Source: Mobula hypostoma (taxonomy: Eukaryota). From it: 64,000 nt of DNA. Below the pieces are notes generated by a model. That model searched no databases. It saw only the letters and a program-made list of their open reading frames with translations, and had not been told where the DNA came from. Below, piece after piece: positions 23,801-34,668 of this stretch. The stretch's first letter is position 1; every line of letters begins with the position of its first letter. The position numbers and the translations under genes were made by a program. Where the stretch lies: positions 236,034,001-236,098,000 of the forward strand of contig NC_086098.1 in assembly GCF_963921235.1 (NCBI RefSeq), written 5' to 3'.

Positions 23801-25125
23801 TCCTGGCCTTCTCACTCTCATTCAGAGGTTTTTATGGGCCGATGTAGCGTGAACGCGTGGGTTCAGCCAAAGACCCGTACTGGACCCCCACTGGAAACGC
23901 CGGACCCCCGCGCCACGACGGGCGGCGGAGCCCGGAATGATATATGTATGTATACTGCATATCTCACTCTGCCTCTCTCCCTCGCATTCTGTTTCTCTGC
24001 CCCCTCCCTCTCCCCACCCTCCCCAGCTCTCTGTGCCTTCCTCCAGGCTGTTGTTCACAGCATCGGAGAGTTATGGTTGCTGCTGTAATAGTCCTATAAC
24101 CAATGTACAGTCACCAAACTGCACACCAGCCCTGTGCACAGGAACCAGATGCTGTTCACAACACTATAGAGAAGACACTGGAGACTCACCAGTCTGCTGC
24201 ATTGATCAGAGAATTACACAGCATACAAGCAGACCATTCTGCCCATCATAATCATGCCAGCCACTGGCACCACTGGTATCAATGCTGGTATAAACATTAT
24301 TAACCCATATATACCCAGGGGACTCAGGGGCTGGTATAAACACTATTAGTAAGTCTGTTTACACCATCCTCCGGTTACTCGCTGCTCTCTGGGTGGAGGA
24401 GGTCCCCCTCACATCCCCTCTAAATCTCTTTTCCACACCCCCACTCTAAACCTGCACCACTAATCAGTTCTCCCCCTCTCCTGCCACCTCGCCTCTCCTC
24501 ATGTGGGATGACAGCCTGAAACTGTGAGAATTTCTCCCCACCCCGCTCATTGGGGGTGCGGGAGAGGGGATGGGGAATGGAGGTGAGGAGGAGGAGGAGG
24601 AGGGGACGGGGGAGATAGAAAGGGCAGAGGGAGGGGTTGGGGTGCAGTGGTGATGGGATTGATAGAGGTGAAAGGAGGAGATGGGGGAGTGGAGAGGGAA
24701 GGGGATGGGAGAGGTTTAGGAGGAGGGGGGAATGGGGTGGGAGGAGGTAGAAGGGTCAGAGAGTGAGGGCGGGTGATGGGGAGTTGGAGAGGTCGAGGGG
24801 CAGAGGTCAGGGAGGAGGATGAGGTGGTGGAAGCAATGCGGGGAGTTAGAGGAGGAGGGGATTTAGGAGGGGAGAGGAAGGAGTGAGGGGATGGGGAAGG
24901 TAGTGGGATGAGGCATGGAGGGAGATGCAGGTTGAGGTGAAGGGTAAGAGATGGAGGAAATGGAGGAATTGAAGGATGGGGAGTGGTGGAAATGGAGTGA
25001 ACGGCACGAGGAGGTACAGCATGTGAATCTGAGAGTGCAAAGTGGGGTGGGGGAGGAGGAAGAGTGGATTCATTGCCCTCCCCACCCCTCCGAGCTAACG
25101 CTCTCCAGTCCCTCACCTCCTCCAG

Positions 25126-25340
25126 CTGTGGAGGTCCCAGCCGCTGCCGTTCCGGTTCCTAGTATTCGAATCAGCCGCCTGTCCTGGCTCCAGCTCCAAC
25201 TACAGGCACGTCTGACCCGCACCGGCCTGGGCCTGATGCAGTTTGGCCACAGCTGCTTGCGACTCGCCCAGCGGCTGATCTGGAGCCCCAAGCTCACCGT
25301 GCTGGGGATGATGCTGTTCCTCAATGTACTTGGCAGCCTG
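25126..25340 (+). CDS. plin6: Perilipin (PLIN6-like) exon 6, entry phase unresolved
   Basis: Pyrimidine tract and CAG at 25125, GTAAGA donor at 25341. Long open frame ...SRLSWLQLQLQARLTRTGLGLMQFGHSCLRLAQRLIWSPKLTVLGMMLFLNVLGSL. At 215 nt it needs phase-1 entry or one extra base. Confidence 0.6.
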
Positions 25341-25610
25341 GTAAGAAACTAACTTCCCCACCCCACTCCCACAGTCCGTAACACCCCTGCCTCCCTCCCC
25401 GCCTCCGTAACCTCCACCAGCCCCTGAACCCCTCCCCGGATCTGTGAACCCCACTGGACCCCTCCCCCTCTACAACCCTCTCTGTCTCTGTAAGCATACC
25501 TGCCCAGACATGCCTGGTTATTCCAGATGCCATGGCTCAAACTTCAGCTCTCTGAACTCTTCCCCCACCCCACCGAAATACACTCCCTTCCCGACGTACC
25601 CTCCCCACTC

Positions 25611-25625
25611 TGTGTGTGTGTGTGG

Positions 25626-25662
<37 letters not shown>
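25611..25662. repeat. (GT)n(GA)n compound microsatellite
   Basis: Directly visible. Confidence 0.95.
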
Positions 25663-25664
<2 letters not shown>

Positions 25665-27674
25665 TCTGAGAGAGACTTTTGGAGAGTATGTGGGAAAATG
25701 TGTGTCTGTGTGTATGAGACAGATTTAGACACACAGACAAGTGTGTATGTGCGATGTCTCAAGAAGACAGTATCCATCATTAAGGACCCCCAAGACCTGT
25801 CCTCTTCTCATTACTATCATCAGGGAGGAAGTACAGGAACTGAAGACACTCACTCAACATTTCAGGAACAGCTTCTTCCCCTTCGCCTTCTGATTTTTGA
25901 AAGGACACTGGATCCATTTTTCCTTCACTATTTTTGCTCTTTTTTCACTGCTTAATGTAATTGGATTATGTTTTCTTATTGTAATTTATAGTTTTAAAAT
26001 TATTATGTATTGCAGTATACTGCTGTCGCTAGGCAACAAACTTCACAAGATATGCCAGGGTTATTAAACCTGATTGTGATTCCTGTCTTTTCCCCATGGT
26101 AGAAATGTCAAGCATGTTTTTAAGGTTAGATAAGAAAAGTTTAAAGGTACTTGAGAGGCAAGTTTTTTTTAAAAAACACAGAGAGTGGTAAGTGCCAGGG
26201 ATGGGTGGCCTGGGACAGCAGGCAGTTTGGTAAGTTTAAGACACTTTTAGATAGAGACGTGAATATGAAGGGAATGGAGGTTATGGACAATACACATGAA
26301 GGAGAGATTTAGCGTAATTTGGAGTGCTGAGAGGGTTATGAGCCGTATAGGAGGGAAGGGTTAGATTGATCATGGAGTAAGCTTCTACAGGTTGACACAA
26401 CATCGTGGGCTAAGGGCCCATACTGTGCTGCACTGTTCTGTGTAACACTGACCAGGCCAAATGACCTGTCCAACGCTGTGTTCTAAACCAAAGCTTTTCA
26501 CTGTATCTTGATACACGTGATGAGAAGAAGCCACTTACCAATCACATCTACCTTACATCCCTCCTGCCAAATTACAACACAGAAACGCGCCCTTCGGTGC
26601 ACAATGTTGACTGGATCAATTAAATTATTAATGAGGTAGCCAATTAACCTGTTCCCTTGTGCCTACACAGTGTCCTTGTCCTTCCATTTTCCACACATTT
26701 GTTTGCCTATCTAAACGTTTCTTAAAAGTCCCTAATATATTTGCCTACACCATCATCCCAGGCAGTGAATTTCAGGCACCCACGACTCTCCGTATAAAAA
26801 AACACTTCTCCCTTACATTTCCTTTGAAATTATCCCATCTCACCTCAAGTGCACACCCTCTGGTATTAGACATTTCAATCCTGGGGGGGGGGGCGAAATT
26901 CTCTGTCAACTCTATCTTTGCCTCTCTTAATCTTATAGACCTCTGTCTGATCTCCCCTCAGCCTCCACGCTCCAGAGAAAACGACCCAAGTTTGTCCAGC
27001 CTCTCATGATAGCACATGCCCTCTGTTGCAGGCAGCATCCTGGTAAACCTCTTCTGCCCTCTCCAAAGTCTCAGCATCCTTCCTATAGTGGGGTGACGAG
27101 AACCGTACGCAATCCTCCAGATGTGGCCTAACCTGAGTTTTATAAAGCTGTAACATAACTTCCTGACCTTTGAACCAAATTCTGTTATTTAAAAGTGCGC
27201 ATAGCAGGTATAGCAGAGGAACATTCGGCCCACGATATGCTGCCAAACCAATTAAAGTATCGGTGCCTAATTACATGAATCCCTTCTACTTTCTCCGTAT
27301 CCCTCCACTTCCTGCACATCCACGTCCCTAAGAGCCTCTTGAACGCCTCTATCGTACTTCCCTCCACTACCACCCTGGCAGCGCGTCGCATCTCCTTTGA
27401 ACTTTCCCCTTCTCATCTTGAATACACGCCCTGAGGTATTAGACATTTCTACCCTGGGAAAAGATTCCGACTCTCTACGCTGTCTTTGCCTCTCCTGATT
27501 TTACGAACCTCTATTAGGACTCCCCTCAGTCTCCGACACTCTGGAAAAAACCAGCCTAACTCTGTCCAACCCCATAAATACAGGAGATTGTACAGATGAT
27601 GAAAAGCTAGAGCAGCTCACACAAAATGTTGGAGGAACTCAGCAGGTCAGGCAGCATCTATGGAACTGTATAAA

Positions 27675-27712
27675 CAGTCGACGTTTCAGGCCGAGACCCT
27701 TCATCAGGACTG
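27675..27712 (-). ncRNA. Minimal type I hammerhead ribozyme motif in a Penelope-derived MITE
   Basis: - strand reads cagtc-CTGATGA-AGG(gtctcgg)CCT-GAAAC-GTC-gactg: intact core, 5-bp stem I, 3-bp stem II, palindromic ACGT stem III, GUC cleavage triplet. Confidence 0.75.
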
Positions 27713-27894
27713 GAAAGGGAGGGTGAAAACGTCAGAACAAAAATAAATGTGTGTGTGTGTGTGGGGGGGGGGGAGGTTTGTTGAATCTCTCCTTACAACT
27801 CATGCCCTTTAATCTAGACAGAACCCCGGTAAACCTCTTCTGCACTCTCTCCAAATCCTTCCTATAATGACAAGTGGTCTCTCACTTTCCTGAA

Positions 27895-28508
27895 ACATAC
27901 ATCAAAGTTGCTGGTGAACGCAGCAGGCCAGGCAGCATCTCTAGGAAGAGGTACAGTCGACGTTTCAGGCCGAGACCCTTCGTCAGGAATAACTGAAGGA
28001 AGAGTGAGTAAGGGATTTGAAAGTTGGAGGGGGAGGGGGAGATCCAAAATGATAGGAGAAGACAGGAGGGGGAGGGATAGAGCCGAGAGCTGGACAGGTG
28101 ATAGGCAAAAGGGGATACGAGAGGATCATGGGACAGGAGGTCCGGGAAGAAAGACAAGGGGGGGGGGGGTGACCCAGAGGATGGGCAAGAGGTATATTCA
28201 GAGGGACAGAGGGAGAAAAAGGAGAGTGAGAGAAAGAATGTGTGCATAAAAATGAGTAACAGATGGGGTACGAGGGGGAGGTGGGGCCTTAGCGGAAGTT
28301 AGAGAAGTCGATGTTCATGCCATCAGGTTGGAGGCTACCCAGACGGAATATAAGGTGTTGTTCCTCCAACCTGAGTGTGGCTTCACCTCCACAGTACAGG
28401 AGGCCGTGGACAGACATGTCAGAATGGGAATGGGATGTGGAATTAAAATGTGTGGCAACTGGGAGATCCTGCTTTCTCTGGCGGACAGAGCGTAGATATT
28501 CAGCAGAG
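27895..28508 (-). mobile_element. Penelope-like element 3' fragment (GIY-YIG endonuclease C-terminus, 3' UTR and hammerhead motif at 27954-27990)
   Basis: LRSVRQRKQDLPVATHFNSTSHSHSDMSVHGLLYC...RLEEQHLIFRLGSLQPDGMNIDF. Near-identical to 48468-49118. Confidence 0.85.
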
Positions 28509-29274
28509 CTCACTTTCCTGAACTCGTCTGCCCACGCCCACCAGTCCTGGGATCAACCAGACTGGACGCCTCGCCCTGTGCCAAACATCACCATCCTTCA
28601 CGTTACACTGCCGAGGTTAAATCTGGACACAGCACGCTCCGGGAGGGAGAGAGTGATTCATCACATGGTTTGTAGCTGTAATCGGATTCTCAATGAAGAG
28701 CCCCAAGGGCATCACGGAGATATCGAGTAGGGAGTGCACGTGGATCCTCTCAGCCCGACAGGAGACAAAACAAGACTGATACCCCACTGCACCGCTCCTG
28801 TCAGCCGATGCCCCTCTCGCCTCTCCGGACGTGGAGCGGAGTAATTGAAACCCGGGCCTGGTCTCCTAGTTAATCATAACGTAGCTGATCTGATAATAAC
28901 CTTGTTCACAGGACCCGTTTATCCAGAATCACGAAACCCTCACAGAACCTCTGCTCTTCTCGGGAGACGGATCCAAATACCCTCACACCGAGAATTAAGT
29001 TTTGTCTTGAATGGGAGACCCTCTTATCTTTAACCAGTGTCTTGCGGATCGTGTGAGGACGGACCACCGTGGTGTATACGTAGCAGAGAATGGCCTCAAT
29101 TTCTCTGCAACACAGACGCACACGCACATATACATATATTCTGAGACAATCACACACACAGATACACAGTGTGAGGCATAGGCGCACATGCACTCTGGGG
29201 CACACCCTGACGTAACATAAACACATACATATATACATTCTGAGACACACTCACGTATATTGAGTTTAGGCATA

Positions 29275-29275
<1 letters not shown>

Positions 29276-29332
<57 letters not shown>

Positions 29333-29348
29333 CACACATACACACACA
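29276..29348. repeat. (CA)n microsatellite within a larger CA/GT/CT low-complexity tract (29110-29870)
   Basis: Directly visible. Confidence 0.95.
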
Positions 29349-29864
29349 ACAGATAGAGAAACAAGTCACAAAAGCAAGCCCTCTTCCTATCAATGACCAT
29401 AGGATCAGACAGAGAGGTAGAGAGTGGCTCCCCTGTGTGATTTGTTTCTCTATCTGGTGGGGGTGTGGGGGTGTGTGTGTGTGTGTCTGTCTCTGTATAT
29501 CTCAGTGTGGCTCAGTGAGTGTGTTTGTGTGTTCGTCTGTGCGTGTCTCTGCGTCTGTGTGTGTGTCTGCGTATGAGTCTGAATGTGTCTGTCTCTCTGT
29601 CTCTTTGCCACAGTCTGTGCCTGTCTGTCTGTGTCTCACAGGCATACACACAGACGCACATCACTCCACAGACTCTGCTTTTCTGTTTGTTACTCTCTCT
29701 CTCTCACACACAAACACTCCCACAGCGAGTGTACCTCTCTCTCTCTTTATCTATCTATTCCTCAATCTCTCTATCGCTTTCTTTCTATCTCTCTCTATAT
29801 CACTCTCTACCTTTATCTTTCTATCTCTCTCTCTCTATGCCTTTCTCTCTCTATCAATCTCCCT

Positions 29865-30150
29865 CTCAATCCTGTTGTTTGTCATTGATAATAATTCTCT
29901 GATTAACGCTCCTGTTAAAAGCCTTGCAAAAGTTGGACCAGTGTATGTTTACCAGGCGGGAGGGAGAATGAGACATCTGCCCCTACGTGATTTAATCTCC
30001 AGCCCCATCCCTCAGTGGGGAACGTGTTCTGTCTCCGGCCAGCTCTGCCGATCTAATCGGATTGTCAGCGCTGAGCCCCGGGGCAGAAGCTGCTCCTTCA
30101 CACAGACACGTGTATCCTGGACGTCGGCAGCTCACTGCGCCTGCCAGCCC
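29865..30150. promoter_or_regulatory. Candidate enhancer with paired-class/K50 homeodomain motifs (second copy at 38352-38672)
   Basis: CTGATTAA at 29899-29906, TTTAATCT at 29991-29998, TAATCGGATTG at 30054-30064 directly followed by the palindrome TCAGCGCTGA. The block is strongly conserved in the duplicate. Confidence 0.4.
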
Positions 30151-30758
30151 CGATACTCTGCTGTGGGAGGGGGCAGTACCGAGAAAGCGTCGCATCATGC
30201 ATGGCGGGGGTTGGGGGGGGGGGAGGGTAACCGAGACACTCCGTGCTGTGGGAGGGCCGATACTGAGGAAGAGAAGAACTGTGTGAATCGTGCCCTGATG
30301 AGGGTGTGCTACACTGGGGCTAGCTGTAAGGAGAGAGCGCCGTATTGTGGGAGGGCGGTGCTGAGGGGCCCCTGCACTATTTGTTCGTGGGGAGTTTGTT
30401 TCTGTGATAATTAGCCCTGTTTGTCGCTTCTTCCCGCCCCCGCACCTCCCCATACCTACTCGCCCTCTCATCTTCACCCTCTTCCACCCTCCTCTCCCCC
30501 TTTCCGCTCCCCTCTCTCTCCTCGTTCTCATTACGCCTCCTCTTCTCCCCTCCTCTCACCTTCTCCTTTTCCGCATCCTATCCTCAACCCCATCCACCAT
30601 CCCCTTCCACCCTCCTCCACTTCCTCTTTCGCCGGCTCCCCCGCCCCCACACTCATCTCTTCCCCACTGCGTCCTCCCGTACCACCTGCTTCTCCTGTCC
30701 CCTTTCCTCGTGCCCTCCCCCTCTTCTTCTAACCCCCCCCTCCCCGCCCCCCTCCCAG

Positions 30759-31115
30759 CTGCTGGAGCCGGAGGAGCAGGAGGAGAGCAAGGAATCCGGG
30801 GAGGAGTCGGCGGACGACCTGTACGAAACGGGCATGTGGACGGGGCGCGGGCAGAGCTCCCAGGGGCAAATGATTCTCCTCGACCAGGAGGCCATTCAAC
30901 TGATGCTGAAACAGGCGAACTGGCGGCAGCGCTCTCGCCACCAGGAGCAGCCGGACCGCGGCCTCTGCCCCAGCCCCCGCTCCGAACCCCAGAGTCCTGA
31001 CGAACGTAACATGAACGAACAACCGTTCGGCCCGCGCAGGCCCTCTCTGGCCGAGCAGCTCCGGGGAGATCCTCGCAACTCCCGGGCGCCTGCTGTAGCT
31101 GACATCGTGCAGTGA
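30759..31115 (+). CDS. plin6: Perilipin (PLIN6-like) terminal exon 7
   Basis: Long pyrimidine tract and CAG. Phase-0 ORF LLEPEEQEESKESGEESADDLYETG...PFGPRRPSLAEQLRGDPRNSRAPAVADIVQ*: acidic stretch followed by a PKA-consensus RRPS, GC-rich codon usage. Confidence 0.7.
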   Translation: MLEPEEQEESKESGEESADDLYETGMWTGRGQSSQGQMILLDQEAIQLMLKQANWRQRSRHQEQPDRGLCPSPRSEPQSPDERNMNEQPFGPRRPSLAEQLRGDPRNSRAPAVADIVQ

Positions 31116-31373
31116 GGCCCTGAGGCGGACGGCCCCCACCTCATTTTGTCTGTATACGCTGATACTCTGAACCCGGCCTGCAGCGATCTACTGCTAACGT
31201 GTAATGACCTCGCTGGCGTGTCCAGTCACGTACTGGGCGCCGGCACCATTGCGCCGACCCTTATAACGTCGGCGGATTGTCACCCTGTGGACTTGCACGC
31301 ACTGGACTGGTCAATGAGGCCGGTAGATATTCACCTATTGGTTTCCAATGGACTCAACCCTTGTGGTCACTGG

Positions 31374-31665
31374 CCCAGTGGGGTTTCCAGTGGCATGGTG
31401 CCTAGTGGTCTATGTCCCAGTGAGGTGTCCAGTGTGCTACCACCAGTGGAATTTCCAGTGGTCCTCCGTCTGGAGGGGTTTCCAATAAGCTGCTACCTAG
31501 TGGAATTTCTAGTGGTCTATCTCCTGTGCCCAATGGAGTTTCCAGTGGACTGGCACCCAGTGGTTTTGCAGTGGCCATGCGCCCAGTACAGGGGTTCCAA
31601 TGGTACTACGTCCAGTGGGGTTTCCATTATACCGGCACCCAGTAAGATTTGCAGAGCCCAGTGGA
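31374..31665. repeat. Degenerate ~26-bp minisatellite (core CCAGTGGRRTTTCCAGTGG), about 10 units
   Basis: Repeated cores visible, e.g. CCAGTGGGGTTTCCAGTGG, CCAGTGGAATTTCCAGTGG, CCAATGGAGTTTCCAGTGG. Confidence 0.8.
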
Positions 31666-33009
31666 TTCATATCTCGTGATCTATGTTCGTTCCAGTCTGA
31701 TCAATTTATTATATTGACCATCGGGATTGTCCGACTGGGAATGAATAGTGGGTGGAGTAAAGGGGAGGGGTACTGCCACTGAGGTCGGAGCTGGGATTGC
31801 GGCTTGGTTGGTGAGAGGCGAATAGTTTATAGAAGTTCGGTACATTAACAGGCAGGGGAGAGATTTGACTTTTTTCCCTTCTGGGAAAGAACGAATGAAA
31901 TGGAGAGAGAGAGAGGCGATAACTGCAGTGGTCGGGGGCTCTGTTTATCAATCACGGGAGATCTCGGGTGCGTCAGATTCTAGGGAGCACGGATGGAACG
32001 TTCTCCCGATTTTCCAAGAACTGGTGTATTTGGGGAAAATCAGACACCAACTGTGCATGAAAAGAGCGAGCTCACATCTGGGGGAGAGTGAGGTCTGGGG
32101 AGGTTGGAAGTGGTCAGAGATAGAGGGATTGTCCCAAACAGGAGACGGGCTACAGTTCGGAGGAGGATTGCCAATCAGGCCGCTAGGGGATCCACTGAGG
32201 TAAACGGCGACAGGACGTTGGGTCTTCCGACAAAGCCCAGAACCAGAGTGCATGGGCTTAGGGTAACGTGCTGGTGGTAGTGTAGGTGAGGAGAGCACAG
32301 CTACACCGGAGGTGAGGGAAGATTTGTGTTCTACTTGCCGCAGAGCAGTGCAGCTCAGGCGATGGGGGTCAGGGCAAGGCTCTGATCAGGAAGGCAATCA
32401 AGGGTGATGCGGAAAGGGACGGGGAAATAGGAGAGGAATGTGGGATCAGCCACGATCCTAATGTAGGGTGGGATAGGTTGGGGCCGAATGGCCTCCAGTT
32501 ATAGGGTCTTATCCAGAAGGTTCCTAAGCGGACCGCACTGGTGCAGTCCGTCCTAGTAACCGGGAGACAGGAGATCGCTTGGCCATACGGGAACTGCTCC
32601 ATCAATAGTTGATTACCACCCCTCCTCGACCGAAACTTGTAGACGGCCCCAGTGGGAACAACCCCGCTATCATCTGTCTTGACAGCTCTCTCTGGATGAT
32701 AGCTTCACAGTGCCTAATGGCAACGCTCAGAATTGTGCCCGCCTCCCTCTCCGCCGCCGCCCCACCAGTCGACTGTCTACTCCCCTCCGTAGACGCTGCT
32801 CCACTCGCCGAGTCCCTCCAGCATCGCACCTGTGGCTGCAGCTTCCAACTCCCTGAAAAGAATACATATCTTCGATATTTAAACAAAAACAAACAACAAA
32901 ATCTACTGTTCATTCCCCTCCATAGATGCTGCCAGACCCGCTGAGTTCCTCTCGCGTTTTGAGTGTGTGTTGCTCAAGATTTCCAGCATCTGCAGAATGC
33001 GTTTCCAAC

Positions 33010-33167
33010 TTTATTGCTAGTTCTATTAACGAAAGCTTTTTCACACACTACCAATTACATCGATTTGTAAAATAAATGCAGCGATGATAAAATATATTAT
33101 GTAACCTATTAAAATAATATTTACACATCCACACTTTTCCGCCCACTTGTCGGGAAGCCAGTTTATT
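33010..33167 (-). terminator. Candidate polyadenylation signals of the GTPase gene
   Basis: AATAAA on the - strand at 33167-33162 and 33015-33010, downstream of the stop at 33304. Confidence 0.5.
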
Positions 33168-33303
33168 CAGATTGTTCATATCTGCTCTCCTGGAGAAACG
33201 CTCCTGCGTCTCATCGCGGAGCCCACGCGTCCAAGGTTAGGTAGGAAATTCAGAAACCGTCCTGGGATGGGGAAGAGAACGCAGTCCGGGGCGCTGTCTC
33301 GCC

Positions 33304-33753
33304 CTAAGAGCGGGTACCAGCTCCTCCTCTTGGACGAGGCCGAGTCCACTCGCGTTTCCTCCCGCCCAGCACAGCGGAGACACTCCGCACCAGTGCCCGG
33401 AGTGAGGAGCTCCTGCTCGCCTCCGCCCTGGCCTGGCGCACCAGCCGCAGTAGCTGGTGGAAAGCGAGGAGGGCGCCCTGACTGTTCTCAGCCGCCGACA
33501 CCTCCAGGAAGCCGCAGTGGTTGGACAGGGCGAGCAGCCGGGCTTCGTGGCTGGAGACGGCGCGCCGATGCGACAGGTCGGTCTTGTTTCCCAGCAGCAG
33601 AGCCGGTGGGCCGTCGCCCCGGGCTTGGCGGAGCCGCCTCAACTGTCGCCGAGACACCTCAAAACTTTCCCGGTCGCAGATACTGTAGACGAAGATGAAG
33701 CCGTCTGTCCAGTGCATCTGATATTCGGTCGGGAAAGGAGTCACCTTAGAGAC
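33304..33753 (-). CDS. RASL11/RERG-like small GTPase, exon 4 (terminal)
   Basis: WTDGFIFVYSICDRESF, G4 LLGNKTDL, G5 FLEVSAAE, C-terminal LVRSVSAVLGGRKR. CAG acceptor, 450 nt including the stop. Confidence 0.92.
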   Translation of the reverse strand, partial: VSKVTPFPTEYQMHWTDGFIFVYSICDRESFEVSRRQLRRLRQARGDGPPALLLGNKTDLSHRRAVSSHEARLLALSNHCGFLEVSAAENSQGALLAFHQLLRLVRQARAEASRSSSLRALVRSVSAVLGGRKREWTRPRPRGGAGTRS

Positions 33754-34440
33754 CTGGTACAAGTGTGTGTGGGGCGGGGGGAGGCAATAGAGGAATTAAT
33801 GCAGGCAAACCCCTCTCCCTTCCCGTCCAGGAGGTCCTCCCTCCACCCAACTCCTCCAGCGCCCACACACTCAACCCCAGTCCTCCGCCTAGCCGCAACC
33901 CGCACCCCAACCCACCACCACCTCCGTCCTCCCGTCACCCCCACACTCCCCGCCCCCACCCCTCCTCCGTACGCTGGACCCCATCCTCCCCGCCGCCCGC
34001 CCGTCACCACATAGTCGCTCCATCCCCGCCGCCCACCATCATCCACACACCCTCACCACTTACCCCACGATTCCATGCTCCACCTTCCCTTCCCATCAGA
34101 TTCCATCCCCGACAGCTCTTTTCGGTCCCCAACCTGTGTCACTATCCCCATTCTCCTGTCCTCCAACTAACTGTCGCCCCTCATCACCTGGGTCTCCCAG
34201 CCCTTCCACTCGCCACTTCATACAGGCCATCTCCCCATGTCGCAGTCCAACTGAAGAGTCTCAACGCAAAACATTGACTATCCACTCTCCTCCACACACG
34301 CTGCCCGTTTTAAATCATAGTTGATTATGGGGTGGGGGGGGAGACTTAGAGAATTTTGAGACTTGTGGGGAACCGGCATAGAATACATCAAACGGTGGGG
34401 TCGGCGTGAGGGGCCGAACGGCCTACGTCCAGGTCATTAC

Positions 34441-34517
34441 CTGTGCGTGCGGGGAATCCCAGATGTTGAAACAGATGTCTCTTCCGTCCACGGTCACGTT
34501 GTGTGTGTAAACAGTCT
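34441..34517 (-). CDS. RASL11/RERG-like small GTPase, exon 3
   Basis: (E)TVYTHNVTVDGRDICFNIWDSPHAQ. 77 nt, phase 1 to 0, CAG acceptor and GTAATG donor. Confidence 0.9.
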
Positions 34518-34614
34518 CTGTCAAGTGGCAGACAAGAGCGAGTGTGAGTTAAAGATGTCCCCCAAAACACCCAGTGCGGTTCCGGACTGACGGATTCCGG
34601 AGTTCCGTACTCAC

Positions 34615-34668
34615 CCGTCTCTCCGTATTCGCCGATGAACCTCCGCGTGAGGAATCGCACGGTGAGGG
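34615..34668 (-). CDS. RASL11/RERG-like small GTPase, exon 2
   Basis: (A)LTVRFLTRRFIGEYGET. 54 nt, phase 1 to 1, CAG acceptor and GTGAGT donor. Confidence 0.92.

Noticed and set aside
28509-28730. Possible extra perilipin exon (open frame after the Penelope fragment)
   Set aside because: No convincing acceptor/donor pair or similarity; exons 6 and 7 already join in phase 0.
29260-30414. 384-aa ORF
   Set aside because: It runs through CA/GT/CT microsatellites that lack stops by composition. No domain is recognisable and it lies in a perilipin intron.
31374-31665. CRISPR-like repeat/spacer appearance
   Set aside because: The units are degenerate, with no constant repeat or unique spacers, no cas genes, and a vertebrate context.
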